Shown: positions 19,759-29,099 of the stretch, piece by piece
How the letters are laid out: every line of letters begins with the position of its first letter
Position numbering within the stretch: position 1 is the stretch's first letter
Source: Candidatus Iainarchaeum sp.
GTDB lineage: Archaea; Iainarchaeota; Iainarchaeia; Iainarchaeales; GCA-2688035
Direction: 5' to 3'
Length of the DNA: 64,000 bases
Assembly (NCBI GenBank): GCA_017610175.1
Contig: JAFCCO010000002.1
Span: 1 to 64,000 of the forward strand
Position numbers and translations under genes: made by a program
Notes under the pieces: generated by a model
Database searches by the model: none
What the model was told of the DNA's origin: nothing
What the model saw: the letters and a program-made list of their open reading frames with translations, nothing else

Positions 19759-20424
19759 TTGAACGAAAAAGAATTTATCACTGCATTCAAGGCAATGCGC
19801 GAAAATACCAAACCAAGGAAGTTCAAGCAGACAATTGAACTAATGATAAACTTCCGTGGGCTTGACTTTAAAAAAGCGCAGAACCAGGTTGACTTGAAAG
19901 TAAGCCTTCCATACGCAACAGGCAAAGCCTCGGGCAAAAGCATTCTATTTGCAAAAGACCAGCATTTTATCTCACAGATGAAGGGAAAGGTTGACAGAAT
20001 TGTTTTGGAAGAAGACATCGCAAAATTCAAGAAAAAGGAAATTGCAGCAATTGCAAACGAATTCGACGCACTAATTGCAGAGGGCCCGGTTATGATTGCA
20101 GTTGGAAAGTTTCTTGGACAGGAACTTGCAACAAAGGGAAAAATGCCAAAGCCGGTTAAGCCGGAAGTGGCAGCTGCAGAGCAGGCCCTGAGGCAGATGA
20201 GTTCAGTTACAAGGGTTACAAACAAGAAAGGCAAATTTATGCCTGTTGTTCAGATTGTTCTCGGAAGCGAGGAAATGAACGACGCACAGCTTGCTGAAAA
20301 CGCAAAAACAGTTGTTGATGCCGTTGTTGCATCACTCCCTGGAAAGCTTCACAATCTTAAGAACGTTTACGTGAAACAAACAATGGGCCCGGCAATTCTT
20401 GTGGGCAAGAAGGCGGGAGCATAA
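19759..20424 (+). CDS. rpl1: 50S ribosomal protein uL1
   Basis: RKFKQTIELMINF, GKMPKP, VYVKQTMGP; TTG start after GGAGG. Confidence 0.93.
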   Translation: MNEKEFITAFKAMRENTKPRKFKQTIELMINFRGLDFKKAQNQVDLKVSLPYATGKASGKSILFAKDQHFISQMKGKVDRIVLEEDIAKFKKKEIAAIANEFDALIAEGPVMIAVGKFLGQELATKGKMPKPVKPEVAAAEQALRQMSSVTRVTNKKGKFMPVVQIVLGSEEMNDAQLAENAKTVVDAVVASLPGKLHNLKNVYVKQTMGPAILVGKKAGA

Positions 20425-21473
20425 TGACAATGCATATTTCATCCTGGAAAAAGAAGCAGCTTGAAGAGCTCACCGCACTCTCAAACGAGTACCCGGTTAT
20501 TGCAATTGCAAACCTTTCAACTTTCCCTGCAGCCCTGTTCCAGCAGCTCAGGAAAAAGCTTTGCGACAAGGCCCAGATTAGGGTTTCAAAAACACGCGTA
20601 ATCAGAAAAGCATTTGAGCAGTCAGACATTGACTCAGAAAAGCTCAATTCCTACGTTAACGAGTCGGTTGGAATAATATTCACCACACTCAACCCGTTTG
20701 AACTTTATTCATTTATCAAGAAAAACAAGGGAAATGTCTCGGCAAAAGTTGGAGACATTGCACCAGAGGACATTGTTGTTCCGGCAGGGGACACAGGAAT
20801 CCCACCCGGCCCGGCACTCTCAGACCTTAAGGGCGCGGGACTCAAGGTAATGGTCCAGGGCGCAACAATCTTTATTTCAGAGGACACAGTCGTAACCAAA
20901 AAGGGCGAAGCAGTAACAGGCCCAGTTGCAGGAACCCTCTCAAAGCTTGACATAAAGCCAATGAAGGTCGGGCTAAACATAGTCGCATGCTACGAAAACA
21001 AAGAGATTTTCGAAGCAAGCGTGCTTAACATTGATATAGATGAAGTCAGGCAGAAATTCATTTCAGCCTACACAGGAGCATTCAACCTTGCATTCAACGC
21101 AGGTTACTTCATAAAGGAAACAATTCCTTTGCTTATCCAGAAAGCATTCAGGGACGCAAAGGCAGTTGCTCTTGAAGGGAAGGTTTTGACACCTGAAACA
21201 ATTGAAACATTCATTGGGCGAGCCGCAAAGGGAGCCGCAGCAATAAAGGCAAAGGTTCCTGAATCAGCCCCTGCAGAGAAAGCAAAGGAAGAGGTCCCTG
21301 CAGCAGAGACTCCAGCTGAAAAGAAGGCAGAGGAAGCTCCAACAGCAGAAGAAGCGCCCGCAGAAGCTCCAGCAGAGGAAAAAGTAGAGGAGAAGCCTGC
21401 AGAGGAAGCACCGGCTGAAGAAGCAAAGGAAGCCGAGGAAAAGCCTGCAAAAGCAGAGGAAAAAAAGGAGTAA
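20424..21473 (+). CDS. rpl10: 50S ribosomal protein uL10 (P0)
   Basis: AKVGDIAPEDIVVPAGDTGIPPGP, LSKLDIKPM; A/E/P/K tail. Confidence 0.95.
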   Translation: MTMHISSWKKKQLEELTALSNEYPVIAIANLSTFPAALFQQLRKKLCDKAQIRVSKTRVIRKAFEQSDIDSEKLNSYVNESVGIIFTTLNPFELYSFIKKNKGNVSAKVGDIAPEDIVVPAGDTGIPPGPALSDLKGAGLKVMVQGATIFISEDTVVTKKGEAVTGPVAGTLSKLDIKPMKVGLNIVACYENKEIFEASVLNIDIDEVRQKFISAYTGAFNLAFNAGYFIKETIPLLIQKAFRDAKAVALEGKVLTPETIETFIGRAAKGAAAIKAKVPESAPAEKAKEEVPAAETPAEKKAEEAPTAEEAPAEAPAEEKVEEKPAEEAPAEEAKEAEEKPAKAEEKKE

Positions 21474-21513
21474 TGTTAATTCGTTTGAATTAAATATTTA
21501 TTTTAAGAGGTGA

Positions 21514-21822
21514 ATGAAAATGGAGTATGTCTATGCAGCTATGTTGTTACACTCTGCCGAAAAGGAAGTAAATGAGGCAGCTGTAACAAAGGTCATGGAA
21601 GCCGCCGGCACAAAGTGTGACAGTGCACGCGTAAAAGCTCTTATTGCATCACTCAAGGACATTAACATTGAGGAAGCAATAGAGAAAGCAGCGCAGGCAC
21701 CAGCCGCAGCACCAGCAGCAGCGCCAGCTGAAGCAGCAGGCGAAGAAAAGAAGGAAGAAAAGAAAGAAGAAGGAAAGACAGAGGAAGAAGCTGCTGAAGG
21801 CCTAAGTAGCCTGTTCGGCTAA
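21514..21822 (+). CDS. rpl12: Ribosomal stalk protein aP1/L12
   Basis: [11 protein letters not shown] ... [11 protein letters not shown]. Confidence 0.96.
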   Translation: MKMEYVYAAMLLHSAEKEVNEAAVTKVMEAAGTKCDSARVKALIASLKDINIEEAIEKAAQAPAAAPAAAPAEAAGEEKKEEKKEEGKTEEEAAEGLSSLFG

Positions 21823-21931
21823 ATGGGCCGCTTCTCCCCCTTTTTTCTTATTTTCACGACTTGTTTAATTACCTGAATGTCGTTAACGCGTTAAGGTAAT
21901 TCTTTTATACATCCTTAGACATCAGTTTACA

Positions 21932-22028
21932 TGGCGGCAAGGGAGTTTAGTACACCATTCCAGAGCGCCGGAGGTGTTAGATTAATGGCTCACCACTGTT
22001 CAGCGGCTCCTTACAATATGCCGCCGCC
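21932..22028 (+). ncRNA. Candidate structured ~96-nt RNA of unknown class (possibly a reduced 5S rRNA); strand uncertain
   Basis: Terminal helix GGCGGCA/TGCCGCC, internal helices ACACC/GGTGT and CCACTG/CAGCGG; TTTTATAC box about 25 nt upstream. Confidence 0.4.
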
Positions 22029-22077
22029 TTGGAAATCATTATAAACCTCTTCGGTTCTATTCTATTCAACTCAGGGT

Positions 22078-24480
22078 GTGGATATGAGGCTTTCAAAGGC
22101 ATTTTTGGTCACTTTTTTTCTGGTTTTGCTGCTTTCAACAGCCTATGCGGTAATTGAACAAAACCAAATGAAGGTTTTTGCGGTAACCAGCGATGACGAA
22201 ATTGCCCTGAGTGCAGACCTTGGAGTTACAATAAGGTCCGGAAACGGCAAGGTTTGGAGCAGTGTGGAACCCTTGATTGGAACGTCCACGCAAACAACCG
22301 AAAAGATAGCCGTTGAGGTTGCAAGAAAATATTCTGACCGCGTTGACCAGTTTGATTATTTCTTTGACATTAACAGTACAGCATCCCTTGTTGACGGGCC
22401 AAGTGCGGGTGCGGCAATGGGCCTGCTTTTAATTTCAATGCTTCAGAACAAGGAGCTTCCAAGCAATGTTTCAATAACCGGAACAATCACGGTTGACGGC
22501 GGAGTGGGCGCGGTTGGAGGGGTCTTTAAGAAATCGCAGGAAGCCGCCCGCATTGGAATGGATTTGTTTATGATTCCAAAGGGGGAGGCAAGACAGATGG
22601 TAAAGCTTCCGGACGGAATCAAATCAATTAACCTAAAGGAATACGCAAGGCAGGAGTGGGGCTTAACTGTTGTAGAGGTTTCAACAATTGATGATGCCTT
22701 AATATATGCATTCTCTGATATTGAGTCAATTGATATCAATACCGATGCCGGTTTTGCGTTTGACTTTATTCCGCGCGAAATAGATGTCCCTGAAAGCATT
22801 GCTCCCATGAATGGGCTTACCCAATCATACATTGACAGGGCAAAAGTGAGGCTGAATGAGGCAAGGCTTGCTTTGAGCGGAACCCTTCTCACCGACCCAT
22901 CATTGGTTGACGCAATGCTTTCTCTGATTAACCAGAGTGAGAAGACTCTTGAAAGGGCAAAGCTCCTTCATGAGAGGAACTATTATTACAGTGCAGCAAA
23001 TTTTGCATTCCTTGCAAGCGTTAATGCCTCAATGGTAAAAGACATTAGTGACAACCCCTCTCTTCTTGAAAGCGGTTCCACTGTCTGGGACCTTAAGTTG
23101 ATGGATCTTAAAAAACAGGCTTCGTCAATTCGCCGCGACCTAAATAGTTACGTTCCGGTTGATTACCTTGAGTGGCACATTGCCGCAAAGGAAAGGCTCA
23201 CTTGGGCTGAGGAAAAGCTTGAGAAATTAATCAATAAATCTCAAACGATTGTTATCACAGTGGGCGGAGCCGAGCAGCAGGATGACAACCTTGAAGATCT
23301 TCGCGATTTGGAGTATGCCGCAGGATGGCTTGAGGCGGCAAGGGATTTTCACCTGCTTGGCGTTGAATCCCAGAAGAAGGTGCGCGCAAATTCACATTTT
23401 GAAAATGTTCTTGCTTCATATTCCATGACTGTGCGGGATGCAATGCCCCTTCTCAATGAGGAGGAGAAGGCAGACATTACCAGACGGCTTGATGCGGCGG
23501 AAATTGCCAAGAAAAGGGGCTGGTATTCATCCGCCTTGTTTGATGCGGCTTCAGCTCTTGCGCTTGCCAATGCATCCATCTATGTAAAGAACAAGGATCT
23601 TGAAGAGCTTGACAATTATTTGAAATTGAGAATTGAAACACTGCGCGAGGCAATGGGTGAAAGCAAGTATTCATTTGTTTGGGCAGAACTTTACCTGGCC
23701 CACGCAATCTACTACAGCGAGGCAGTTGATTTTTACAGGTCTGAAAAGCAAACGGTTAGGGCTCTTGAGATGGCAAGCAACGGAATTTCGCTTGTTTTCC
23801 TTGCCGAAAACATGTTTAATGTTGGAAGCGAGAACTACGCCTACTTTGAATCCATTCCGGAGGGTGAGTACGTAACTATCGGGCCGCGGGAAACCCCTTT
23901 TGGTTCGGAAATTGTTTACCTTGCTCTCTTGCTTGTTCTCTTGGCCGGGGCAATAGTGGTTCTTAGTGTCTTGATTGTTAAGCTCTCAAAGTATCTCCGG
24001 GTTTTGAGGCACCAGTCACTTGATTCGCAGATTGAATCTGTTAAGAGAAAGCAAATAGAGCTTGACAGGCAGTGGGATTCCAAAAGAATTGATGAAAAAG
24101 AGTATGAAAAGAAGAGCCTTGACTACCATTCGGTTCTTAGCCAGCTTCTGGATGAAAAGTCAAAGGTTAGCCACCTGCTTGTTGATCTGGACCGTGACAG
24201 GGCGATGCTTCTTGCCTACGAACAGGCTTTGCGTTCCCTTAAGAAGCGCAAGCAAAAGGGAATGCTTTTGAAGAAGGATTATCAAAAGAACTTTGACGAA
24301 TACAACCGGAAGATTGCCAGGCTTAGGAAGACAATTGCTTCAGGGCGTGGCGGAATTTCCAGTTTTGGCAAGAAGCCGATTAAGCCAAAGAAATATCCTT
24401 TGGTTGTAATTAAGTCAAAGAAGGCCTCTTTTAAAAGAAAGCCTTTGAAGTCAAAGCCAAAAAAGAAGAAATCAAAATAG
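22078..24480 (+). CDS. Membrane-anchored S16 (Lon protease domain) serine protease, COG1750-like
   Basis: Signal peptide; VDGPSAG catalytic Ser and GAVGGVFKK Lys; TM near residue 620; basic tail. Confidence 0.85.
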   Translation: MDMRLSKAFLVTFFLVLLLSTAYAVIEQNQMKVFAVTSDDEIALSADLGVTIRSGNGKVWSSVEPLIGTSTQTTEKIAVEVARKYSDRVDQFDYFFDINSTASLVDGPSAGAAMGLLLISMLQNKELPSNVSITGTITVDGGVGAVGGVFKKSQEAARIGMDLFMIPKGEARQMVKLPDGIKSINLKEYARQEWGLTVVEVSTIDDALIYAFSDIESIDINTDAGFAFDFIPREIDVPESIAPMNGLTQSYIDRAKVRLNEARLALSGTLLTDPSLVDAMLSLINQSEKTLERAKLLHERNYYYSAANFAFLASVNASMVKDISDNPSLLESGSTVWDLKLMDLKKQASSIRRDLNSYVPVDYLEWHIAAKERLTWAEEKLEKLINKSQTIVITVGGAEQQDDNLEDLRDLEYAAGWLEAARDFHLLGVESQKKVRANSHFENVLASYSMTVRDAMPLLNEEEKADITRRLDAAEIAKKRGWYSSALFDAASALALANASIYVKNKDLEELDNYLKLRIETLREAMGESKYSFVWAELYLAHAIYYSEAVDFYRSEKQTVRALEMASNGISLVFLAENMFNVGSENYAYFESIPEGEYVTIGPRETPFGSEIVYLALLLVLLAGAIVVLSVLIVKLSKYLRVLRHQSLDSQIESVKRKQIELDRQWDSKRIDEKEYEKKSLDYHSVLSQLLDEKSKVSHLLVDLDRDRAMLLAYEQALRSLKKRKQKGMLLKKDYQKNFDEYNRKIARLRKTIASGRGGISSFGKKPIKPKKYPLVVIKSKKASFKRKPLKSKPKKKKSK

Positions 24481-27468
24481 CTAATCTGCTTTTTCTTCAA
24501 ACACAGATTCCCTCAGCTTAAGCCCTATAACACTGCTTTTTTGCTTGTTCAGCGCAACACCAATTATTTGGTCTGCCGCTTTAATCAGCGGGTCGTTGTG
24601 TGTAATTGCAATAAACTGGCTTTGCTTGCTAATTTCTTTAATAATCTTCACCATTTTGAGGCTGTTTTCCTTGTCAAGTGCGGCGTCTGCCTCATCAAAT
24701 ATGTAAAACGGTGCAGGCTCATACAGCTGTATCGCAAACAGGAATGCAAGGGCTGTTAGTGTCTTTTCCCCTCCTGACATGCTGTCTATGTTTTGCAGTG
24801 CATTTCCCTTGTGTTTTGCCTCAATAATAAGGCCTGCTTCAAGCGGTGCTTCAGGATTGGACAGGCTCAGCAGACCGTCCCCTGCAAACAGGTCGAGGAA
24901 TGTTCTCCTAAAATGCTTGTTAACTTCCTCAAAACAGTCCATGAAAACGTTTGTTCGCTTTACTTCAATTTTTTCAATCAGTTCCAAAACAGCGTTTTTT
25001 TCCTCATCCAGCTTTTCCACTTTTGCCCTTACGTCCTTTACTTCCTCTGCAAGCTCGTTGAATGATTCGATTGCCTTCATGTTTATTGCACCCATTGAAC
25101 CAATCTTTTTCTCAATTTCTCCGAACCTTTTTTTGGATTCGCTTTCGTTGAACTCCTTTAGCCTTGGTTCCTCTTTGAACGGCTCAAATTCTTCGCTTAA
25201 GTCTGTTAGCCTTACCTGCAGTCCGCTGTTGTCTATGTTTACCTGGTTTTCCTGCTGTTCCAGAGTTCTTATTTTGTACCTTAGGCCAGCGGCTTTTTCA
25301 CCGGACCCCTCTATTTCAGAATCCATTTTTTCTTTTTTCTTGATTTTGCCGCGGTTTTCTTCCCCTGCCTTTCCAAACTTTTTCTCCAGTTCAGCCACTT
25401 CTTTTTCAAGTGATTTTGCCCTCTTTGTCCCCTCTTCAATGCCAGCTGCAAGAGACTTGTTTTCTTCATTTAATGCATTGATTTCATTTCCTATTTCTGT
25501 TGCCTCTTTTTCAAGCCTTGATGACAGCGTTGCATCAATCTGTCCAATCCTTTGTTCTGCAAGGCTTTTCTTTGTTTGGAGCGAGCTCCATTTTTGGTTA
25601 AGGCTGTTCATTTCGTCAAGCTGCAGCTGCTTTATTAGTGCGTTTCTTTCTTCCTCAAGTGCCTCTTTTTCCGCAAGCAGCTTGTTTGCTTCACTCCCTG
25701 CTTTTTTTGAGGCGGCTTTCATTCTTTCCGCCAACTTTTCGCTCAGCGCCGATTTAACTTCATGAATGTTTTTTTCAAGCTCGCTGTTCTTCTCCCTTTC
25801 AACGGGAAGTATTTTCAGCGAGTTTTCCAGCTCCATTTCCCTGAACACAAGCTCTTCAAGCCACTTGATTCTTTCCTTAATGCTTTTTTCCCCTTCCTCG
25901 TGCCTTGCAAGTTCAATGGAGAGGGCTCTTGTTTCTTCTTTTGCTTTTTGCAGCAGCTGTTTTTTCTTGTCAACATTGAGGGGTGAATCACACACCGGGC
26001 ACTCCGCAATTTCCTTGTTCAGGGTAATGCTTTTTTCATCAAGCGCACTTATTGCAGCCTGCGCTCCCTTTCTTTTCTCAAGGCTTTTTTCCAGCTTTTC
26101 CCTGCTGTTTTCAAGCGCTTCCGCCGGGTTTTTTTCTTTTGTGTGCAGGGCTTCAAGCATTCTTTGCTCTTTTTCAAGTTCCTCAACGCGCTTTTCAATT
26201 TCCTGCTTCTGCCGCATTAAGTCCTGGGCCTTTTCCTTGCCTGCGTTGAACCTGTGCACTTCCCTTTCCGCTTCACTTTGCTTTGAAAGCTCTTCTATTT
26301 TGAGGCGCTCTGTTTTTTGCGAAAGGGCCTTAATTTCCAAATCTAATTTTTGCAGCGCTCCCTGCTTCCTGGAGTGCATGGATTCAATCTTTTCGCGCTG
26401 TGCCTTAATTGTGTCGAGTTCGCTTTCGGTTTGCGGAAGCTCTGCTTTTATTCCGGCTTTTTCATTCTCCAGTTCTTTTCGCTCAGCAATTTTTTCCTGT
26501 GTCCTTTCGTTCAGCTCATCCGTTCTTCGGGAGTTCTTTTCAACAACTCCGCGTTTTGCATTAATCCTTTCCTGCTCAACCTTTATTTCCGAACGCCTTT
26601 CCTCAAGCTTTGCGCCTGTTGTGCTGAAAATTTTTTCATTTGCGGTAATTATCTCCTCATTCAGGGCGCGGACCTTTTCCTTGTCTGCCTTAATTCTTGC
26701 GTCAATTTCCGAAACCCTTGTGAGAAGCTGCTCGCGTTTGCCTGAGGCTTCCCTTATCTTTTCCTTGTTTTCCTTTATTCTTGAGCCGATTTTTTCAATT
26801 TCATTGAACAATGTTGTTGCCTTAATTTGCTTCTTTTCCTTTTCAAGCGAGTCAAATAGCACTGCCGCCTGCCTTTCCTTTTCAAGGTCCTCAAGGTAGG
26901 TTTCCCTTTCATGCAGCACTATGTTTGTGTCCCTTATTTTTGTTTCCACCTTGTCCAGGTTCTTCATTGCTTCCGCTTTCTTTTCATCAAATTCCTGCAG
27001 TCCAGCCAGCTCGTCAATAATTTGCCTTCTTTCGTCCGGCGACATTTCAATTACGCGTGTAACATCCCCCTGCATCACAATATTGTGTCCGTCAGGCCTA
27101 ATGTCCAGCTCCCTTAAAAGCGAGGAAATTTCGCTTAGTGTAACCCTGTTCCCGTCAAGCCTGTAAATGCATTTTCCCTGCTTGTCAATCATTCTGCTTA
27201 TTTTGTAGTTTTTTCCGTTGTGTTTGATGTGCAGGTCCACCTTTGCGTAATTTTCCGAAGCGTTGTTGTTTACAAGGTCAGTTAGCCTGCTTGCCCGGAT
27301 TGTTTTGAGTGAGGTCGCTCCGATTCCAAACAGTATTGCGTCAAGTATGTTGCTTTTTCCGCTGCCGTTGCTTCCGGCTATCACGGTGAAGCCGTCCGCT
27401 ATCGGCACTTCAGCATTCTTAAACGACTTGAAGTTTTTGAGCACTAATTTGTGTATTTTAGCAACCAT
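24481..27468 (-). CDS. smc: SMC-family ATPase with a central CxxC zinc hook instead of a recognisable hinge
   Basis: NFKSF, GSNGSGKSN, IVMQGDV, GAINMKA, MSGGEKTLTALA, PAPFYIFDEADAALD, QFIAITH; ECPVCD at mid-length. Confidence 0.85.
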   Translation of the reverse strand: MVAKIHKLVLKNFKSFKNAEVPIADGFTVIAGSNGSGKSNILDAILFGIGATSLKTIRASRLTDLVNNNASENYAKVDLHIKHNGKNYKISRMIDKQGKCIYRLDGNRVTLSEISSLLRELDIRPDGHNIVMQGDVTRVIEMSPDERRQIIDELAGLQEFDEKKAEAMKNLDKVETKIRDTNIVLHERETYLEDLEKERQAAVLFDSLEKEKKQIKATTLFNEIEKIGSRIKENKEKIREASGKREQLLTRVSEIDARIKADKEKVRALNEEIITANEKIFSTTGAKLEERRSEIKVEQERINAKRGVVEKNSRRTDELNERTQEKIAERKELENEKAGIKAELPQTESELDTIKAQREKIESMHSRKQGALQKLDLEIKALSQKTERLKIEELSKQSEAEREVHRFNAGKEKAQDLMRQKQEIEKRVEELEKEQRMLEALHTKEKNPAEALENSREKLEKSLEKRKGAQAAISALDEKSITLNKEIAECPVCDSPLNVDKKKQLLQKAKEETRALSIELARHEEGEKSIKERIKWLEELVFREMELENSLKILPVEREKNSELEKNIHEVKSALSEKLAERMKAASKKAGSEANKLLAEKEALEEERNALIKQLQLDEMNSLNQKWSSLQTKKSLAEQRIGQIDATLSSRLEKEATEIGNEINALNEENKSLAAGIEEGTKRAKSLEKEVAELEKKFGKAGEENRGKIKKKEKMDSEIEGSGEKAAGLRYKIRTLEQQENQVNIDNSGLQVRLTDLSEEFEPFKEEPRLKEFNESESKKRFGEIEKKIGSMGAINMKAIESFNELAEEVKDVRAKVEKLDEEKNAVLELIEKIEVKRTNVFMDCFEEVNKHFRRTFLDLFAGDGLLSLSNPEAPLEAGLIIEAKHKGNALQNIDSMSGGEKTLTALAFLFAIQLYEPAPFYIFDEADAALDKENSLKMVKIIKEISKQSQFIAITHNDPLIKAADQIIGVALNKQKSSVIGLKLRESVFEEKAD

Positions 27469-27530
27469 TCTGTTCACTGAAAAAAGGCAAATATTTCATT
27501 ATAATTAGAAGTGAAAGGCATTTAAAAACT

Positions 27531-28358
27531 TCAGCTGCCTTTTTCCAAAGCATTTTTTATATAGAAAAATGCCATGGCTAGGTTGGTGAAGCTTACTCCA
27601 AAGCCCCAAAAAAGTATGAAAATAATGCTCCCGATGTTTTCATCCGGAATTGCCAGGTCAATTATGTCACCAATACCAATTATGAGCCCGTATATAATTG
27701 ACAGGACAAACATGAATACTATTATGTTCCAGAACCTTTTTGCCGTAAACTTGTAGCTTGCCGCAAGCGCGTCCCTTGCCTTGAGTTTTTCAACGGCCAT
27801 TGCGTAAACTGTGAATGAAAGCTTTATGAATGTGTAAGCCATCAGCAGACCAAGCAGCATTAACACAACTGCGATTGCAATTCCAGCCAGTTGGTTGGTT
27901 CCAAGCAATGCAAGAAGAACCCACGTTATTCCCAGCGCAAAGAGGCTGATTACCCCGAAGAAAATTCCAAGCCAAACTATTCCGCTCGCATTTTCAAGTG
28001 TTGCCGAGAATGCCGCTCCAATTGAAACCTTTTCGGCAAGCGTGTCGTTTGCAATTCTTGCGTAGAAAAAAGCGCTTGCAATCCACATTACTATTGATAA
28101 AAGCAATAGGAATGCAATTGCCGCAAGTTCGATTGGATACATTGCCACAATATGAAGCGGGAATGCAAGAAGCGGGCCCTCAGGGAGATTTCCAAGCAAA
28201 AGCACTTCAACAATGAAATTAATTAAAGCGTCCTGCAGCAGGAATCCCGCCGCAAAAACAACCAGTGCAAACAGGATTGCCGGCAAAATCACCAGCGGCT
28301 TCTTAATTAACGCCTTTAGCGAGCCAATTATGGATTCAATCAATTTTAAACGCCTCAC
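27531..28358 (-). CDS. Multi-pass membrane protein
   Basis: About 6 TM segments; ALAASYKFTAKRFW loop. Confidence 0.7.
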   Translation of the reverse strand: MRRLKLIESIIGSLKALIKKPLVILPAILFALVVFAAGFLLQDALINFIVEVLLLGNLPEGPLLAFPLHIVAMYPIELAAIAFLLLLSIVMWIASAFFYARIANDTLAEKVSIGAAFSATLENASGIVWLGIFFGVISLFALGITWVLLALLGTNQLAGIAIAVVLMLLGLLMAYTFIKLSFTVYAMAVEKLKARDALAASYKFTAKRFWNIIVFMFVLSIIYGLIIGIGDIIDLAIPDENIGSIIFILFWGFGVSFTNLAMAFFYIKNALEKGS

Positions 28359-28591
28359 GCGCCCGACGTTTGAAGCACGCCAAGCATGTGCCTTGCTTTC
28401 TTAAAGCTGATATAGCTTATTGCAACCAAAAGAATCGTTGCTACATAGAAACCAAAAGCGGGGTAAACAATTCCCATAAACTGAATCGCAACTCCCTCTA
28501 CAAGTGCGACTATTGCAAACCCGACAAAGAGAATTGTGGTAATAAAATATCCTGCAGTTGTAACTGCGTATTTTTGCTTTTCGCCCAACAA
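28355..28591 (-). CDS. Small two-TM membrane protein
   Basis: Two hydrophobic helices; GGTGA SD upstream of TTG; 4-nt overlap with the next gene. Confidence 0.6.
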   Translation of the reverse strand: MLGEKQKYAVTTAGYFITTILFVGFAIVALVEGVAIQFMGIVYPAFGFYVATILLVAISYISFKKARHMLGVLQTSGA

Positions 28592-28779
28592 AGTAAATCA
28601 CCTTTTCAATAAAGTAATTCTCTTCGATTATTTAAATCTATGGTTTCCAGTTATTTTCAGGCAGAACTTTTGCTGCCCGTTTTTGCGGGGGAATTGCGTG
28701 GGAAAAAGCTTTATATTCTTTGCCTTTCACAATTTAATTAACTAAATCTTCTTTATTTACCAAATTTAGTGGTGTTTTA

Positions 28780-29061
28780 ATGGATTTACCAAAAGTTGTG
28801 AAGGATTACTGCAAGAAGTGCAACAAGCACACAGGGCACAAGCTTAAGCACTTTAAGGCTGCAAAGGGCCGTGCCTTGAGCGAGGGCAACAGGAAGAACG
28901 CAGTGATTAAGAAGGGTTACAAGGGAAAATACCAGTTTCCTGCAACAATCAAGAAACAGAACAAAAAGCCAACATTTGTTGCCGAATGCGATGTTTGCCA
29001 GGCAAAACACTATTTTGTCATCCACAAAAGGATGAAAAAGGTAGAACTCAAAGCGGCTTAA
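28780..29061 (+). CDS. rpl44e: 50S ribosomal protein L44e (eL42)
   Basis: MDLPK...YCKKCNKHT.H and ECDVC zinc ribbon. Confidence 0.9.
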   Translation: MDLPKVVKDYCKKCNKHTGHKLKHFKAAKGRALSEGNRKNAVIKKGYKGKYQFPATIKKQNKKPTFVAECDVCQAKHYFVIHKRMKKVELKAA

Positions 29062-29099
29062 CAAACCCCTTTAAATTCTTTTTTTGTTAATTCTGTGTT

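Noticed and set aside
21270-21470. GCAGA(G/A)GAA-like repeats
   Set aside because: They encode the low-complexity uL10 tail; no constant repeat-spacer pattern, so not CRISPR.
24779-26899. Long plus-strand ORFs opposite smc (similarly 42060-42842 and 4067-4837)
   Set aside because: S/F/L-rich antisense shadows of E/K-rich real genes.
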